Positions 34,509 to 48,545 of a DNA stretch of 64,000 bases are shown here, one piece after another. Source of the DNA: Octopus sinensis. Its lineage: Eukaryota. Under the pieces are notes generated by a model that was not told where the DNA came from, ran no database searches, and worked only from the letters and a program-made list of their open reading frames with translations. A program made the position numbers and the translations under genes. How positions within the stretch are numbered: the first letter of the stretch is position 1; each line of letters opens with the position of its first letter. The stretch lies in NCBI RefSeq assembly GCF_006345805.1, contig NC_043011.1:41800464-41864463 (forward strand), read 5' to 3'.

Positions 34509-37415
34509 GTTTTAAAAAGCATATTGTGTGTTTCTTTGTGGCAAAGACAAACCATTTCATAATCAAATCATCGAATTTAGTATGTTGGTACCACACTGTG
34601 CTTCTCCAGCCTGGTACCTGATACAAATGAAAGTGTATATATACATACATGTATCTATGCAACACGCACATACACATGTGTGTGTAAATAGATTGATTAA
34701 TATATATATATATATATATTCATGTAAAATTGAATAAGGGTAGAAATTGATATTAATCAATTAAAACCAGTGGCCTAGCATATTAAAAAAAATCCGAAGA
34801 TTAAAATATTTTTTACATACAAAATTTAAAGGACTGACCACTAAAAGTGGATGGTCTAGCGATTTTGACGTATATATTCATGTAGATAGATCAAAACAGA
34901 CATTTATTAATACTGATAGACATTCATAAAATACACACAGATATACATGTATACACATGTATAAATGTGTGTGTGTGTGAAGTGATCTGCTGGCAACGAG
35001 TGTCACAAACCCTGTCATTACCAGGATGCAGGATTTGTATGGAGTTATCTTAGATGAGCAGCTCAAGAGTTGAGGGGCCTCATTAACTTTGGGTCCATTG
35101 GAGTGTCTCTGAGTTGCCTTCTTACACTAGTGATGTCGCAGCTCATTTCTACAGCTGAGTTAACTGGAGCAACGTGAAATAAAATGTCTTTCTCAAGAAC
35201 ACAACACGCAGCCCGGTCCGGTATTCGAAATCACAACCTCACAATAGTAAGCTCGATGCGCTAACCACTGAGCCATGTGCCTTATTAACTCCTGTTAAAC
35301 TGTCCAACCCATGCCAGCATGGAACACAACACGCATTTACTAATACTGATATACATTTTTATGAAAATATGCACAGATATACATATATACACGTATGAAT
35401 ATATGTGTGTGTGCGTATATAGATAGAGAGAGAGAGAGACAGATATTTATAAATTAAATTTACGTGTATGTCTGTGTGCACGCACATGTGCATGCATGTG
35501 TTATAAACATACATACATACATACACATATATATACACACACACACATCTATATAGTCTAGCATATGTCAGCCTGGCAACCGGATGATAAATGAATGAGT
35601 AAGATATATAAATATATTAATATGTGTGCGTATGTATGTATGTATACATAACCAATTCTCTGAACCATCATAGCAACGGTTAACTCATTTATCAAATGAA
35701 TCACTGATTGCTTTCCAGATTAACTCCACTACTGTTGTCATAGCAACTAATCTGTTATTCAGAAATCTGATAATACCATTATTCCAACAATAATAATTAT
35801 CATTTCAACATTCTTCACCATTTGAAGAATTTCCTCTTACAAAGAAAAGATGCTTCATATTAATTTTCTTTACAAATATTACTTTTAATTACTTCCTAAC
35901 AAGTTATTCATTAATTCCACTAACCCATCTGCCCCACACCCCAGTCACCCATGGATACAGCCCCCACCTCCCTCAAGCATTTATAAATATCCATTCATGG
36001 AACTGAAACTGGGGCTTCTCTTTGTGGCAACCCTGAATTTCCTGCCCTTATTTCCACTTAATATGTGGATCAGTTGATTGATTGATTATTGATGCCAGAT
36101 GTATAGATGACCTCTGGCTACCTCTATACCATAGATCTGTTTATGTGGAGATGACATGTAGCTATTTCGCTGTTATACATTTGTCCATGTGGGAATGACC
36201 AGAGGCTACCTCTATATCATAGATCTGTCCATGGAGAAATTACTTACATCAATAACCATTATTCTTCATTTGGCACTGAGCTACCAGAATCACAGTGTTG
36301 CAGACAAAATTCCTTGTGATTATTTAATTATATTCCTCTACATTAGAGTTCCAGTTTGGTCTGTGATAACTGTATTCCAGCAAGGAACTGGGTTCCAATT
36401 TAATTAACCTTATCTTCTCCAAAAATTGTTGGCCCTGGACCAGTTTTAGAAGTTATTCATTGTCAGCTGTCAGTCGTAGGTCAACGTTGTCTGTTCTTCT
36501 TTGGAAATCATCTCTGGCAGGCTCGGATATGGGCTACAAGACCTGCTCTTCATCTACAGCAGGGATGACATTTGCTGCTGGTGAAGTTAGAAATTATTAT
36601 TTCTATTATTATCTTTATAGCAGCTGACAGAACTGTTCTTGTATCAGACAAAATGCTTAGCAGCATTTCATCCAGTTCTTTACATTCTGAGTTCAAATTG
36701 CTAAAAGGCCATCTTGACCTTTCATCCCCTTGGGGGTCGATAAGATAAAGTACTTGTCAGGTACTTGGGTTGATGGTGTTGACCAACCACTTCCCCTTAA
36801 AACTGTTGGTATTGCGTCCGGTGCTAGGAAGGGTATCCAGTCATAGAAACCATTCCAAGGCAAACAGAGCCGGTACCATCTGTCAAACTGTCCAGTTCAT
36901 GCTATGATGATGATGATGATAGTTATTATTAGCAACATTACGTCTGTCACTATGTTCTATGTTCAAATTCCACTGAATTCAGCTTTGCCTTTCATCCTTT
37001 TGGGGACAATAAAACAAGTTTCAGTCAAGAATCCCCCCAAAAAATTTTCAGGCTTTGTGCCGAGAATAGGAACGATTATTATCATTATCATTATTATTGC
37101 AGGAGAGAGAGCTGTGCATGCTATCAAAGTGACTATTATTATTATTATTATTATTATTATTTACATTACAATGATTGTTATCAGTGTCAATTCTATCTTT
37201 CAACCATCCAAGGGAAGAGACGGGGTTTATTTATCCATCAGAAGCCATCATCAAATTAGGGATCTTGGATCAGTGTTGAAAATTTTACTGGTCGACTTAG
37301 GTTCAAAGATCCGTAGGTATGTGTAAACGTCTGTGTATATAAGTGTGTGTGTGTTTACATGCACATAGGTATACATGTGTAATTATGTGTGTGTATGTAT
37401 GTGTCTATATATATA

Positions 37416-37460
<45 letters not shown>

Positions 37461-38756
37461 CATACATACACACACATGTTAGGAAGGGCATCCAGCTGTA
37501 GAAACGTTGCCAGATCAGATTGAGCCTGGTGCAGCCACTGACTTTCCGGACCTCAGTCAAACCGTCCAACCCATGCCAGCATGGAAAACGTACGTTAAAT
37601 TATGAGGATGATGATATATGTACATACACACACAACGCTATGCATGGGTGTTGGGCTGCAATTTGAAATTAAAGGTAAAAAACGGAGCAAGGGAGAGAAC
37701 TCCCGATAATTTCAAGAAACCGAAATTTAATTTAAAAGAAACACGTGTGTAATATATATATAGATAGATAGATAGATTGTACATAGTGCTGTGTATTTAC
37801 GATTTCGATTATCGCTTTGCTTTATTAAACTTTCATTTTACGTTGTTATATTTATTTTTCTTTATTATTATTATCGTTATTTATATTATTTTAATTATTT
37901 ATTCGTTGTTTGCCTCTGTGTAATATCCTATTTATATATTTCTATATTTTTGGTATCAATTGTGAATATTTGGCTGATCTCTCTTGATCAATGGAATAAA
38001 TTCGTTTGATGGAATTTTCCTTTTGTTTTGGTTTTTGTTCTGATTTTTTTATTTGTTTATTTCTATGTATTTATGCATACACACACACATACATTCACAT
38101 CTCTAACCAACTCACCTTACACTCTTATGAAACTTCTCCCCTCTCTATGTCCTTCACGACCCACTCATCTTGTCCAATTCCCTGTACCAGTTATATCCAC
38201 CCTCCTCTGTACCTTCAGTGTATGTCCCAACATCTCTCCACCACTATTCCTCTTCTCTGTCTGTCTGTCTGTCTCTCTTTCTATTTCTGTGTCTCTCTTC
38301 CCCTCCTTTTTTTTCCAGCTAGGGTAACCATTTATCTCTACAGCAAGACCTTTATCTCTACCCCTCAATTATACTCTTTAATCTCTCATCAGCTGGCCCA
38401 AAAGCAACCTCCTTCAATACTATTCCCCCATCCCAATCAATTGTCATGCAAGTTACCCAGTGACCCCTGCCGGTGCTGGTGCTGGTGCCATGTAAAAAGC
38501 ACCCAGTACATTCTGTACATTGGTTGGTATTAGGAAGGGCATTCTGCCATAGAATCCCTACCAAAGAAGACTAGCTTAGTACCATTCTCTGGCTTGCTAG
38601 CTCCTCTCAAGCCATACAACCCATGCCAGCATGAAAAACGGCTGTTGAGTGCTGATAATGACATGCATTGCATGCTTTTACACAAACGCACACACACAGA
38701 CTCCCATGTCTGCTTATATTCGTATGTAATTGTAGCTATGTTAGTGTGTATCCTTT

Positions 38757-39345
38757 TATTCTGGTTTCAGTCATTTGACTGTGGCTGTGCCGAAGCACCA
38801 TTTTAAATCAGCCCCAGGACTTATTCTTCATAAGCCTAGTACTATTCTATCGGTCTGTTTTGCTGAACCGCTAAGTTACAGAGACATAAACACACTGACA
38901 TCAGTTGTCAAGTGGTGGTGGTGGGGGGGGGGCAACCACATGCACAAAGACACACATAAATAAAGTAATCCCTTGCCATATTGCATTTCACCTATCGTGC
39001 CCTCAGTACATCACAGATTTTTCTGGCTAATATATGTAAATTTTTATCATGAATTCCTCAGTATATACAGGTTTCTGTGGCTGATAGGTGTTTATATTTT
39101 TTTAGATTTTAATTATTTCTGTGGGAGGTTTTGGAATGCAGCACCCATGATACTCAGGGTATTACTGTATATACATATATATACAATGGGCTTCTTTCAG
39201 TTTCTATCTACCAAATCCACTCATAAGGTTTTGGTTGGCCCAAGGCTATAGTTGAAGACACTTGCCCAAGGTGCGACACAGTGGGACTGAACCCAGAACC
39301 ATGTAGTTGGAAAGCAAGCTTTTTACCACACATCCATGCCTGGAC
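38757..39345 (-). mobile_element. SINE family A interrupted by a Tigger-like MITE (38963-39167)
   Basis: SINE halves flank TA|AAGTAATCCC ... GGGTATTACTG|TA. Confidence 0.8.
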
Positions 39346-39375
39346 CTATATATAGTATACGTATGTGATCACCTA

Positions 39376-39744
39376 TGGCACTCCGTCGGTTACGATGACG
39401 AGGGTTCCAGTTGATCCAATCAATGGAACAGCCTGCTCATGAAATTAACATGGAAGTGGCTGAGCACTCCATAGACATGTGTACCCTTAACGTAGTTCTC
39501 AAGGAGATTCAGTGTGTGACAAGGCTGGCCCTTTGAAATACAGGTACAACAGAAACAGGAAGAAAGAGTGAGAGAAAGTTGTGGTGAAAGAGTAGAGCAG
39601 GGTTCGCCACCACCCCCTGCCAGAGCCTCGTGGCGCTTTAAGTGTTTTCGCTCAACAAACACTCACAGCACCCTGTCTGGAGATCAAAACTGCAATCCTA
39701 TGACCACAAGTCCGCTACCCTAACCACTGGACCATTGTGCCTCC
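39376..39744 (-). mobile_element. SINE family D
   Basis: Co-linear with 22007-22394. Confidence 0.9.
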
Positions 39745-41168
39745 ACTATATCATTATAGTTATCATTTTAGTAGCCACCTTTTTTACGGTGCTGTTAAAT
39801 GTACCAGTTATTCTTGTACACCATATCTATCACATTCAACTAATGTACCCCTTGTGTGGTACCTTCAAGTAAAGTACCCCTTGTCTGTCACAACTCAAGG
39901 TACACCCTGTCTGTCATATTCAGCTAACTCGTCACTTGTCTGCCACACTGTCTATGATATTAAACTAGTCATTTCCCCATATATCAAGACCTCATGTCGT
40001 GTTTAATATCCTGACATGTTAAGATACACACTTGTAAATTAATATATTCTCATTGAAAGACACTGACAAATCTTGTCTGTCCAGCTTCAAAATATTTGCC
40101 AATTATCAATTTTGCATCAAATTTCATAGATTAAATTAGCATTTTTTGAAATGAATTGAAAATTATTTACTTTTTTTTAGATTTAATAACTAATACTTAT
40201 GGTTTTGGGCATGACCTGAGTGGCCAACATTGAGGGTGTATCCACAATATATAAATTTACATATACACATACATTGATGCTGATGATGATAATAAATATT
40301 CCCATCTTTATTGGAGAGGGTTCATTGGCATTCAGACAACCCCACGCACTTATCCACATGGACACACACACTGTGATACAATACTACAGCTTTACAATCC
40401 ACCAGGTTCCTCCTTGTCCAGTTCTTGGTGTCATCTTTCCATTTTCATCTTTGTCAACCACATACCCCTACCCCCGCCCAGTTCCTGACAATATGGCCCC
40501 AGATTCTAGACCCTAATAATGTGGGCAAAATGCTACATTTGTCCACCATCACCAATTTGATATTCCTCTCCCGCCTCCTCTAGGACTGGACACATACGTA
40601 CAGCTTCTGTGTCCAGATTATAAAACTACATTTTATACCAATAAAAATTGGTGTATTTGGTTTTGTGTGTAAATACCTGAGTGACGATCTGGATCACCCA
40701 GAGTTTCCACAAAAAGAAATCCACCTGCTAATTCACACATTACAAAGCAAACCTTTGAAGCCACCTTTGTCTCTGTAACACAAATGTTTTGTTTTCATAA
40801 GTTTTGAATTAAAATCTTCCACCAAACCTTAGTCACAATTTATGTTCCTAACAGTAGCTTAATGATAACTAAGTTATTTTACTAAATTCTTTTCGCAGAA
40901 ACGTTAGATCGCCGGGTGAAATGCTTAGCGGTATTTTGTCTGTCTTTTCGTTCTGAGTTCAAATTCCACCTATGTCGAATTTACCTTTCGTATATTTATT
41001 TTTAATGGTTGTGCATCAGCATGGCCGCAGCTCTGAACTAAAACTACACCAAAAAAAAAATTTTTTTAAATACAACTAAAAAATAAAAATAATTGAAAGA
41101 AACAGAACATCTCAACAGAAATATGATAAATAAAGGGTTAAAATATATAATAGAGAAACAATTCTTAA

Positions 41169-41390
41169 CCCTTTTGATACCAACCTGGCTGAAACCACCT
41201 CTGGCTCTGTAATACAAATGTCTTGTTATCATAAGTTCTGAATTCAAATCTTCCACCAAACCTTAGTCACAATTTATGTTCCTAACACTAGCTTAATGAT
41301 AACTAAGTTATTTTACTAAATTCTTTGTTATATTTAAAATTAATTGAAAGAAACACAGAGCATCTCAACAGAAATACGGTAACGAAAGGG
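41169..41390 (+). mobile_element. piggyBac-like MITE family F2
   Basis: TTAA|CCCTTTTGATACC ... GGTAACGAAAGGG|TTAA. A further copy at about 40750-41137 carries a family B insertion. Confidence 0.85.
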
Positions 41391-42219
41391 TTAAAATGTG
41401 ACATTGTTTTTGTTATCTCCATTCCAACGATGGAACTTTGTATCTTTGATGGAAACCAGCTCCTTCCTTAGAGGATGATTTCAAATAATTGAAAAGAGAA
41501 GATGCACACACACACGTCAAGATCTGAATTGTCTGCAATGACTAGTCAGTCTCTATTGATTATCTCCCTTGCATCAGTCTCTCACTTCACTCCGTCGTAG
41601 GCCTCTGCTTTCTTCTCCTCCCTCCTCTCCCTCTCTTTATCTCATTGCTTTGTGTGTGGGTGTGTTCTTTCATTTTACTTCAGTCATTAAACTGTGGCCA
41701 AACTGGGGCATCGCATGGATATTTAGTCGAACGATTCGAGCCCATTTCTTCTTTCATTTATTTTTTTAAAGCCTAGCACTTGCTGTATCGGTCTCTTTTG
41801 TGGAACTGCTAAAGATACAGAAACATAAACACACCAACACCGGTTGCCAAGTGATGGTGGGGGACAAACAGACAGACAGAAACACACATACACACACACA
41901 TGCATGCATATGACAGGCTTCTTTCAGTTTCCATCTACCAAATCCACTCACAAGGCTTTGGTCAGCCTAAGGCTATGGAAAAACACTTGTCCAAGGTGCC
42001 ACGCAGTGGGACTGAACCCAGAGCCATATGGTTGGGTAAAGTACATTTACTGTATGTGTAAGTTGCTAAACTATTAAGTCCATCATGGCAGTTCTCTGTA
42101 AGCTGAAGTATCTTCTTGTATTGCGCCTGACTGAGACCCAGGTTACTTTTGAGGTAAAGGAAGAATCTCTGCTGAGAAGAGATTCATGGATGGAACAACT
42201 TTGGATCAGGGTTGACTTG

Positions 42220-43095
42220 AGACTAAACAATAAGAAAACAAAGACACACTAAATAATGTACTCCTAGATATACTATGACAAGATGATCGTCACTAGAACA
42301 CTTTTCATTATTGATTTTCTGAAACATGGCTAATTTCAGGCTAAACGATAACAAGGGCACATTAGTTAATGTACTCTTAGATACATTAAGGCTATAAACA
42401 GGATAGCCATGGCTGGAGCATCTTTAATTATAGGTTTTCTGAACCAGGGCTAGCTTTTATTTCCATCTTTCACTTGTTTCAGTCATTCGACTGCGGCCAT
42501 TCTGGAGCATCACCTTGAAGAATTTGTTGTTGAGTGAATCAATACCAAAACTAATTTTATTGGTCCCTTTTGCCAAACTGCTCAGTTATAGGGATGTAAA
42601 CACACCAACAATGGTTGTCAAGCAGTGGTGAGGAACAAACACACACATGTATGTGTGTGTGTGTGTGACAGGCTTCTTTCAGTTTCCCCCTACTAAATCC
42701 ACTGACAAGGCTTTGGTGAGCCGAAGCTGTAGTATGAGACACTTGCTCAAGGTGTCATGCAGTGGGACTGAACCTAGAACCGTGTGGTTAGGAAGCAAGC
42801 TTATTGCCACTCGGCCACACCTGTGCCTAAGTCTAAACAATTACAAATAAGCACACATTAGTTAATGTAGTCCTAGATAAATTACGAATAAAAGACAGGA
42901 TGGCCATGGCTGGAACACCTTTAATTGTAGGGTTTATTTTTTTGTTTTTTAATGGCTGATCTGAAAATAACCAGTAACAACAAGGGCACATTAAATAATC
43001 TAGTCCTAGATACATTATACCTGAGGAAAAAGATGAGATGGTCATAGCTTTAGGTTTTGTGGATCAGGACTCACCTGGTGTTAAACAACAACAGG
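42220..43095 (+). repeat. Degenerate tandem array of a roughly 120-bp SINE-like 3' module (family G), interrupted by a family A SINE (42466-42826, -)
   Basis: Four or more repeats of CACATTAGTTAATGTA.TC.TAGATA..CAGGATGG.CATGGCTGG; dispersed relatives at 4900, 18540 and 30660. Confidence 0.7.
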
Positions 43096-43868
43096 CTCCA
43101 TCCTTTACAAATTTAACACTACAACAGTATTATTTTAAAATGGGACCTCAAGATATTTTTGTTCAATGTACAAATTCTATTGCCCTACATGCACACACAC
43201 ACACACTCATATATGTACATATACATATGCATATATACATGGACCTAGAGTTGACCAAAGATTTATGAGTGAATTTGGTAGACAGAAACTGAAAGAAGGC
43301 GGCGAGCTGGCAGAAACGTTAGCACACCGAGTGAAATGCTTAGCGGTATTCTGCTGTTGTTACGTTCTGAGTTCAAATTCTGCCAAGGTCAACTTTGCCT
43401 TTCATTCTCTCGGGGTCGATAAATAAAGTACCAGTTTCACACTAGGGTCGATGTAATCGACTCAATCCCTTTTTCTGTCCTTGTTTGTCTCCTCTGTGTT
43501 TAGCCCCTTGTGGGTAGTAAAGGAATATATATACATGGATGGATCATCATCATTTAAAGATGAGGATTCACTTGGTCGACAATGAAGCTTCACTCGTTCG
43601 ATAATGAGGATTCATTTGTTCAATGAACTGAATTATCTGCTCCTGAATTAACATATAAGCAGTGGAGCACTCCCGGGCGTACATTCCCTTAATGTTGTTG
43701 TAGCTAATTCTCAAGCAGAATCAGTGCGACTAAGTATATGACAAGACTGAACTTTTAGAATTACAAATACAATCCACCTGATAGGCTTCTGTACAGTTTC
43801 CATCTTCCTAATTTTGTTCATAAGGTATAGATCAACCTGAGGCTGTATCGAACTCAAGACCCTGTGGT

Positions 43869-44460
43869 TGTGGAGCTGGCAGAAATGTTAACACGCCGGG
43901 CGAAATGCTTAGCGGCATTTCGTCTGCCGTTACGTTCTGAGTTCAAATTCCACTGAGGTTGACTTTGCCTTTCATCCTTTCGGGGTCGATAAATTAAGTA
44001 CCAGTTATGCACTGGGGTCGATGTAATCGGCTTAATCCGTTTATCTGGCCTTGTTCGTCCCCTCTGTGTTTAGCCCCTTGTAGGTAGTAAAGAAATAGGT
44101 ATTTCGTCTGCCGCTACGTTCTGAGTTCAAATTCCGCCAAGGTCGACTTTGCCTTTCATCCTTTCGGGGTCGATAAATTAAGTACCAGTTATGCACTGGG
44201 GTCGATGTAATCGGCTTAATCCGTTTATCTGGCCTTGTTCGTCCCCTCTGTGTTTAGCCCCTTGTGGGTTGTAAAGAAATAGGTATTTTGTCTGCCACTA
44301 CGTTCTGAGTTCAAATTCCACCAAGGTCGACTTTGCCTTTCATCCCCTCGGGGTTGATAAATTAAGTACCAGTTACGCACTGGAGTCGATGTAATCGACT
44401 TAATCTGTTTGTCCTTATTTGTCCCCTCTGTGTTTAGCTCTTTGTGGGTAGTAAAAAAAA
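43869..44460 (+). repeat. SINE family B trimer, 184-bp period
   Basis: Units begin at 43914, 44098 and 44282; a monomer lies at 43298-43525. Confidence 0.93.
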
Positions 44461-44724
44461 AAAAAACTAGTCAGCCACACTGCACCTACACACACACGCA
44501 TGCACACACCCACACACATAGACACACTGAGGTTCTGAAGCTTTTCCATTCAGCAACTTTTACTCACAAGGTTTCATTCAACTCAAGGTTTAGACCCATG
44601 AGTCTCAACTGGGTCACATGACTCTTGGGAATGCGGGGGGTGGGGGTTCCACATAAGATTTTGTTGTTAAAATTTATGTTCAATCAATTGGTTATGCTTC
44701 CACAATCGGCAAAATATTTTTACT

Positions 44725-45285
44725 CATTTACTTGTTTCGTTCATTTGACTGTGGCCATGCTGGAGCACCACCTTTAGTCAAACAAATCGACCCTGGGACT
44801 TATTCCTTGTAAACCTAGTACTTATTCTATTGGTCTCTTTTGCCAAACCGCTAAGTTACGGGGATGTAAACACATCAATATCGGTTTTCAAGAAATGGTG
44901 GGGGGGACAAACACAGGCACACAAACATAAACACACACACACATACATACATATATATATAAATGTATATATATAAATGTATATATATATATATATATAT
45001 ATATGGATATGTATTAAATATATATTATATATGTATGTATATATATATAAATGTATGTATATGTATAAATATATATATATATATGTATGTATGTATATAT
45101 GTATATATATATGTGTGTATATATGATGGGCTTCTTTCAGTTTCTGTCTACCAAATCCACTCACAAGGCTTTAGTCAGCCTGAGGCTATAATAGAAGACA
45201 TTTGCCCAAGATGTAACACAGTGGGACTGAACCCGGAGCCATGTGGTTTGGAAGTAAGCTTCTTCCCACACAGCCACGCTGTGCT
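44725..45285 (-). mobile_element. SINE family A with expanded microsatellite
   Basis: Family match. Confidence 0.88.
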
Positions 45286-47237
45286 TAAATAATTCTTTTT
45301 GTACAATTCCTAATAATATTTAATTCTAAAAATATAATAAGATTTTTTTAAATATTAAATGGTCATGGAGATCCCTCTGAGTAAAATAGGGACCAGAGAG
45401 GTCGATAGGTGAAAAGATGGTTGAGAACCGCTGGTTTAAACAAGAAGCGATGCAATGAGATTGAACTCCGGGTCCTATGGTTGTGAAGCAGCTTTCTCAA
45501 CCACACATCTACTCCTGAACCCCACAATAATCAGATTCCATAAAATGTTTCCAATAATATAGAAAATTCTGGAAACACTTTAGATATTTGCAGGCATAGC
45601 TGTGTGGTTAGGGTTAACTTGCTTGACCGCATGGTCCTGGGTTCAGTCCCACTCCGTGGCACCTTGAGCAAGTGTCTTCTGTTATAGCCCTAGGCTGACC
45701 AATGCCTTGACAGTAAATTTCATAGACAAAAACTATGTGGAAAATTATATCGATTCATACATGTATTTGTGATTGTTCCCTGCCATCATTTGACAACCGG
45801 TGTTAGTTTGTTTATGTCCCCATAATTTAGCAGTTCAGCAAAAGAAGAAGCCCGCAGAATAAATACTGGAGTTGATTTGTTTGATTAAAAGCTTTAAGCA
45901 TGACCACTGTCCAATGATTGAAACAAGTTGAAGATAAAAGACTTTTTGGTTTCATTCCAAAGACACTTTGAACTTTGAAGGACTGTCTCAGAGAAGGAAA
46001 TAAATTGTAAAGATGGTGGATTGGTGGAATGGTGAGAGTCTTTGAGACAATACCTTGTGGTATTTCTTGTGACTCCTTATGTTCTGAGCATGAATCTCAC
46101 TGAGGTCAAGTTTGCCCATCTTTGGTACCTTTTTTTTGAGATTGATAAAAAAAAAGTACCAATCTTGGATGATAGATTAAGAGAATGGTTAGAAGATTGG
46201 ACAAGATTTCTTGTGCTATCAGTTCTGGGTCTTTGCATTATGACAGCAAACATCTGCAATGACACTGGTGCCTAGTTGTGTCAGCTAAAGTTTGCAGCCT
46301 TTCCCCTTGGGAAAAATTTTGGTGGCACTTTTAACAGAGTCCATTCAGGTCTCCACTTTCAGAATGTCTCCCTCGCCACCCAAGTTTCAGACACTCTGCA
46401 AAGGATCATGGGAACTGTCTCCTCCACCCAACTAAAAGATAAACAAAACAAATCAAATCAAAAAGTGGAAACTGAAAGATTGCTTACAGATTATATGATG
46501 TGAACTTAAACCTTATTTGGGAACCATGGGTTATCCAAATTTTAGAACCATGGGTTATCCAAATTTTAGAACCATTTTCTTGATCTTGCTTGTGCAGTTC
46601 AAAAATATGTTTAACCAATGAAGTGACAGCAGCAGTGGGCTTCTTACTGAGAGACTAACCAAACTTTAAGGGTTCCTCTTTCTTGATATTATGCTAAAGT
46701 TTATTCTCTCAGCCTTTTCTAGTTTATGGGGCAACTGTTAGGTAATGTGAAGTTATTTAACTATAGTTGGGTGGGGAAGATGTTTAGTGGCTAGTAGGGA
46801 CAAGTTGGGCTCCATATTGTAAGAAGATGGACCACATCCTATTTACGATGCTGTTGCTATTTATAATGGTATGTAAAAGTGGCGAGCTGACTGAACTGTT
46901 AGAACACCAGGCAAAATACTTAGTGGCATTTCGTCTGTTTTTGTTTTGAGTTCAAATTCCACCGAGGTTGACTTTACCTTTTATCCTTCTTTTGGGGTTC
47001 ATAAAATAAGTACCAGTTGCTTTGTGCCTATAGTAGAAAGGGTTTATAGTGGTGTATATATATATATATATATATGTAATGTGATACTTACATACAATGG
47101 TACCAATGGTACCAATTCGCCTTTCATCCTGTCAGGATTATAAAGTAAATTACCAGTTAAACACTGGAGTCAATGTATGCAATCAGCCCTCTCTCCTCAA
47201 AATTCTGGGCCCTACTTTCCGTGCTACTTATATCAGT

Positions 47238-47405
47238 ACCTACTTACAGGAGTACCTATTTATAAGGATCCCTACATCCAGAGGTATCTACTTAAAGAGG
47301 CACCTACTTCCAGTGGTACTTTGTTACAGTGGTACTTGCTTATAGCTGTACCTACATACAGGGGTACATATTTAAAGGGTTAGCTACTTACAAAGGTACA
47401 CACAT
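47238..47405. repeat. Degenerate 16-bp minisatellite (about 10-11 units, GGTACCTACTTACAGN)
   Basis: GTACC-like anchors recur every 16 bp. Confidence 0.75.
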
Positions 47406-47684
47406 TCAGTAGTGCTTAAATTAGTGCCAGGTGTGATAATCATTGTGAATTATTAAGAACCCATCACAGGTGCGAGCAGTGGATGAAGTGACGACCTTCC
47501 TGTTGGCTGTTTTATTGGCTCCTCACATTTCATATGAACCAATCAGACATGTATTAATAAGTTGTGTTCCATTACACACAAAGCTTCAACCAATATTTAA
47601 TCAACAGAAATCATAATCAGCATTATTATTATTATTATTAATATTATTATTATTATGATTATGATTATTATCATCATCATTATT

Positions 47685-48545
47685 ATGTTTTGAGTTCAAT
47701 TTCTACTGAGGTCAGCTTTGCCTCTCGTCCTTTTGGGATCGATAAAATTAAGTACCAGTGAAACACTGGGGTCGATGTAAATCAACTAGACCCCTCCCTC
47801 AAAATTTCAGGCCTTGTGCCAATTGTAGAAAGGATTATTATTATTTTTATGTTCTGAGTCCAAATACTTCCAAGGTCAACTTTGACTTTCATCTTTTTGG
47901 GGTCAATAAAATTAAGTACCAGTGAAACACTGGGGTCAATGTAATCAACTTGCTCCTGCTCTCAAAATTGCTGGCCTTGTGCCAAAATTATGAAGAATTA
48001 TTATCAAGGAAGCAAGCACATCAGACAAAATGCTTTACAGCATTTTTCTGGTGCTTTACATTCTGAGTTCAAACCCTGTCAAAGATAATCCTTTTAGGGT
48101 TGATAAAATAAAGTAATAGTTGAGCACTAGGGTTCAAGTAATTGACTTACCCCGCCCCTCAAAAATTGTTAGCCTTCTCCCAAAATTTAAAAGAATTATT
48201 ATCAAAGGTCATAGAGTGCAAGAATTGTAAGAGTCTCAGATAAAATACCTTGTATTTGTTTTGACTTTATATTCTGAGTTCAAATCCCACTGAGGTGAAC
48301 TTTGCCTTTCATCTCCCTGGGGTTGTTAAAATACCAGTTAAGTACTGCAGTCAGTACAACTACCGGTATTTCTCACTACAGTCTATGTCAATTGGTTGGA
48401 GTCGTTAGAGCATCAGGCAAAATACCTTGTGGTATCTATTCTGATTCTTTATGTTCTGAGTTCAAATCCTGCCAAAGTCAAATTTTCCTTTCATCTCTCC
48501 AGGGTCTGTAAACAAACTAGTATCAATCCAGAGTAGTTGACTGGT
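47685..48545 (+). repeat. Older chain of headless family B units
   Basis: Five or six repeats of TTCTGAGTTCAAA..GATAAA..AGTACCAG..TTGTGCC. Confidence 0.75.

Noticed and set aside
46276-46503. 75-aa ORF in non-repeat-looking DNA
   Set aside because: No recognisable domain and no consistent splice pair. The nearby 24-bp duplication (46521-46575) is trivial.
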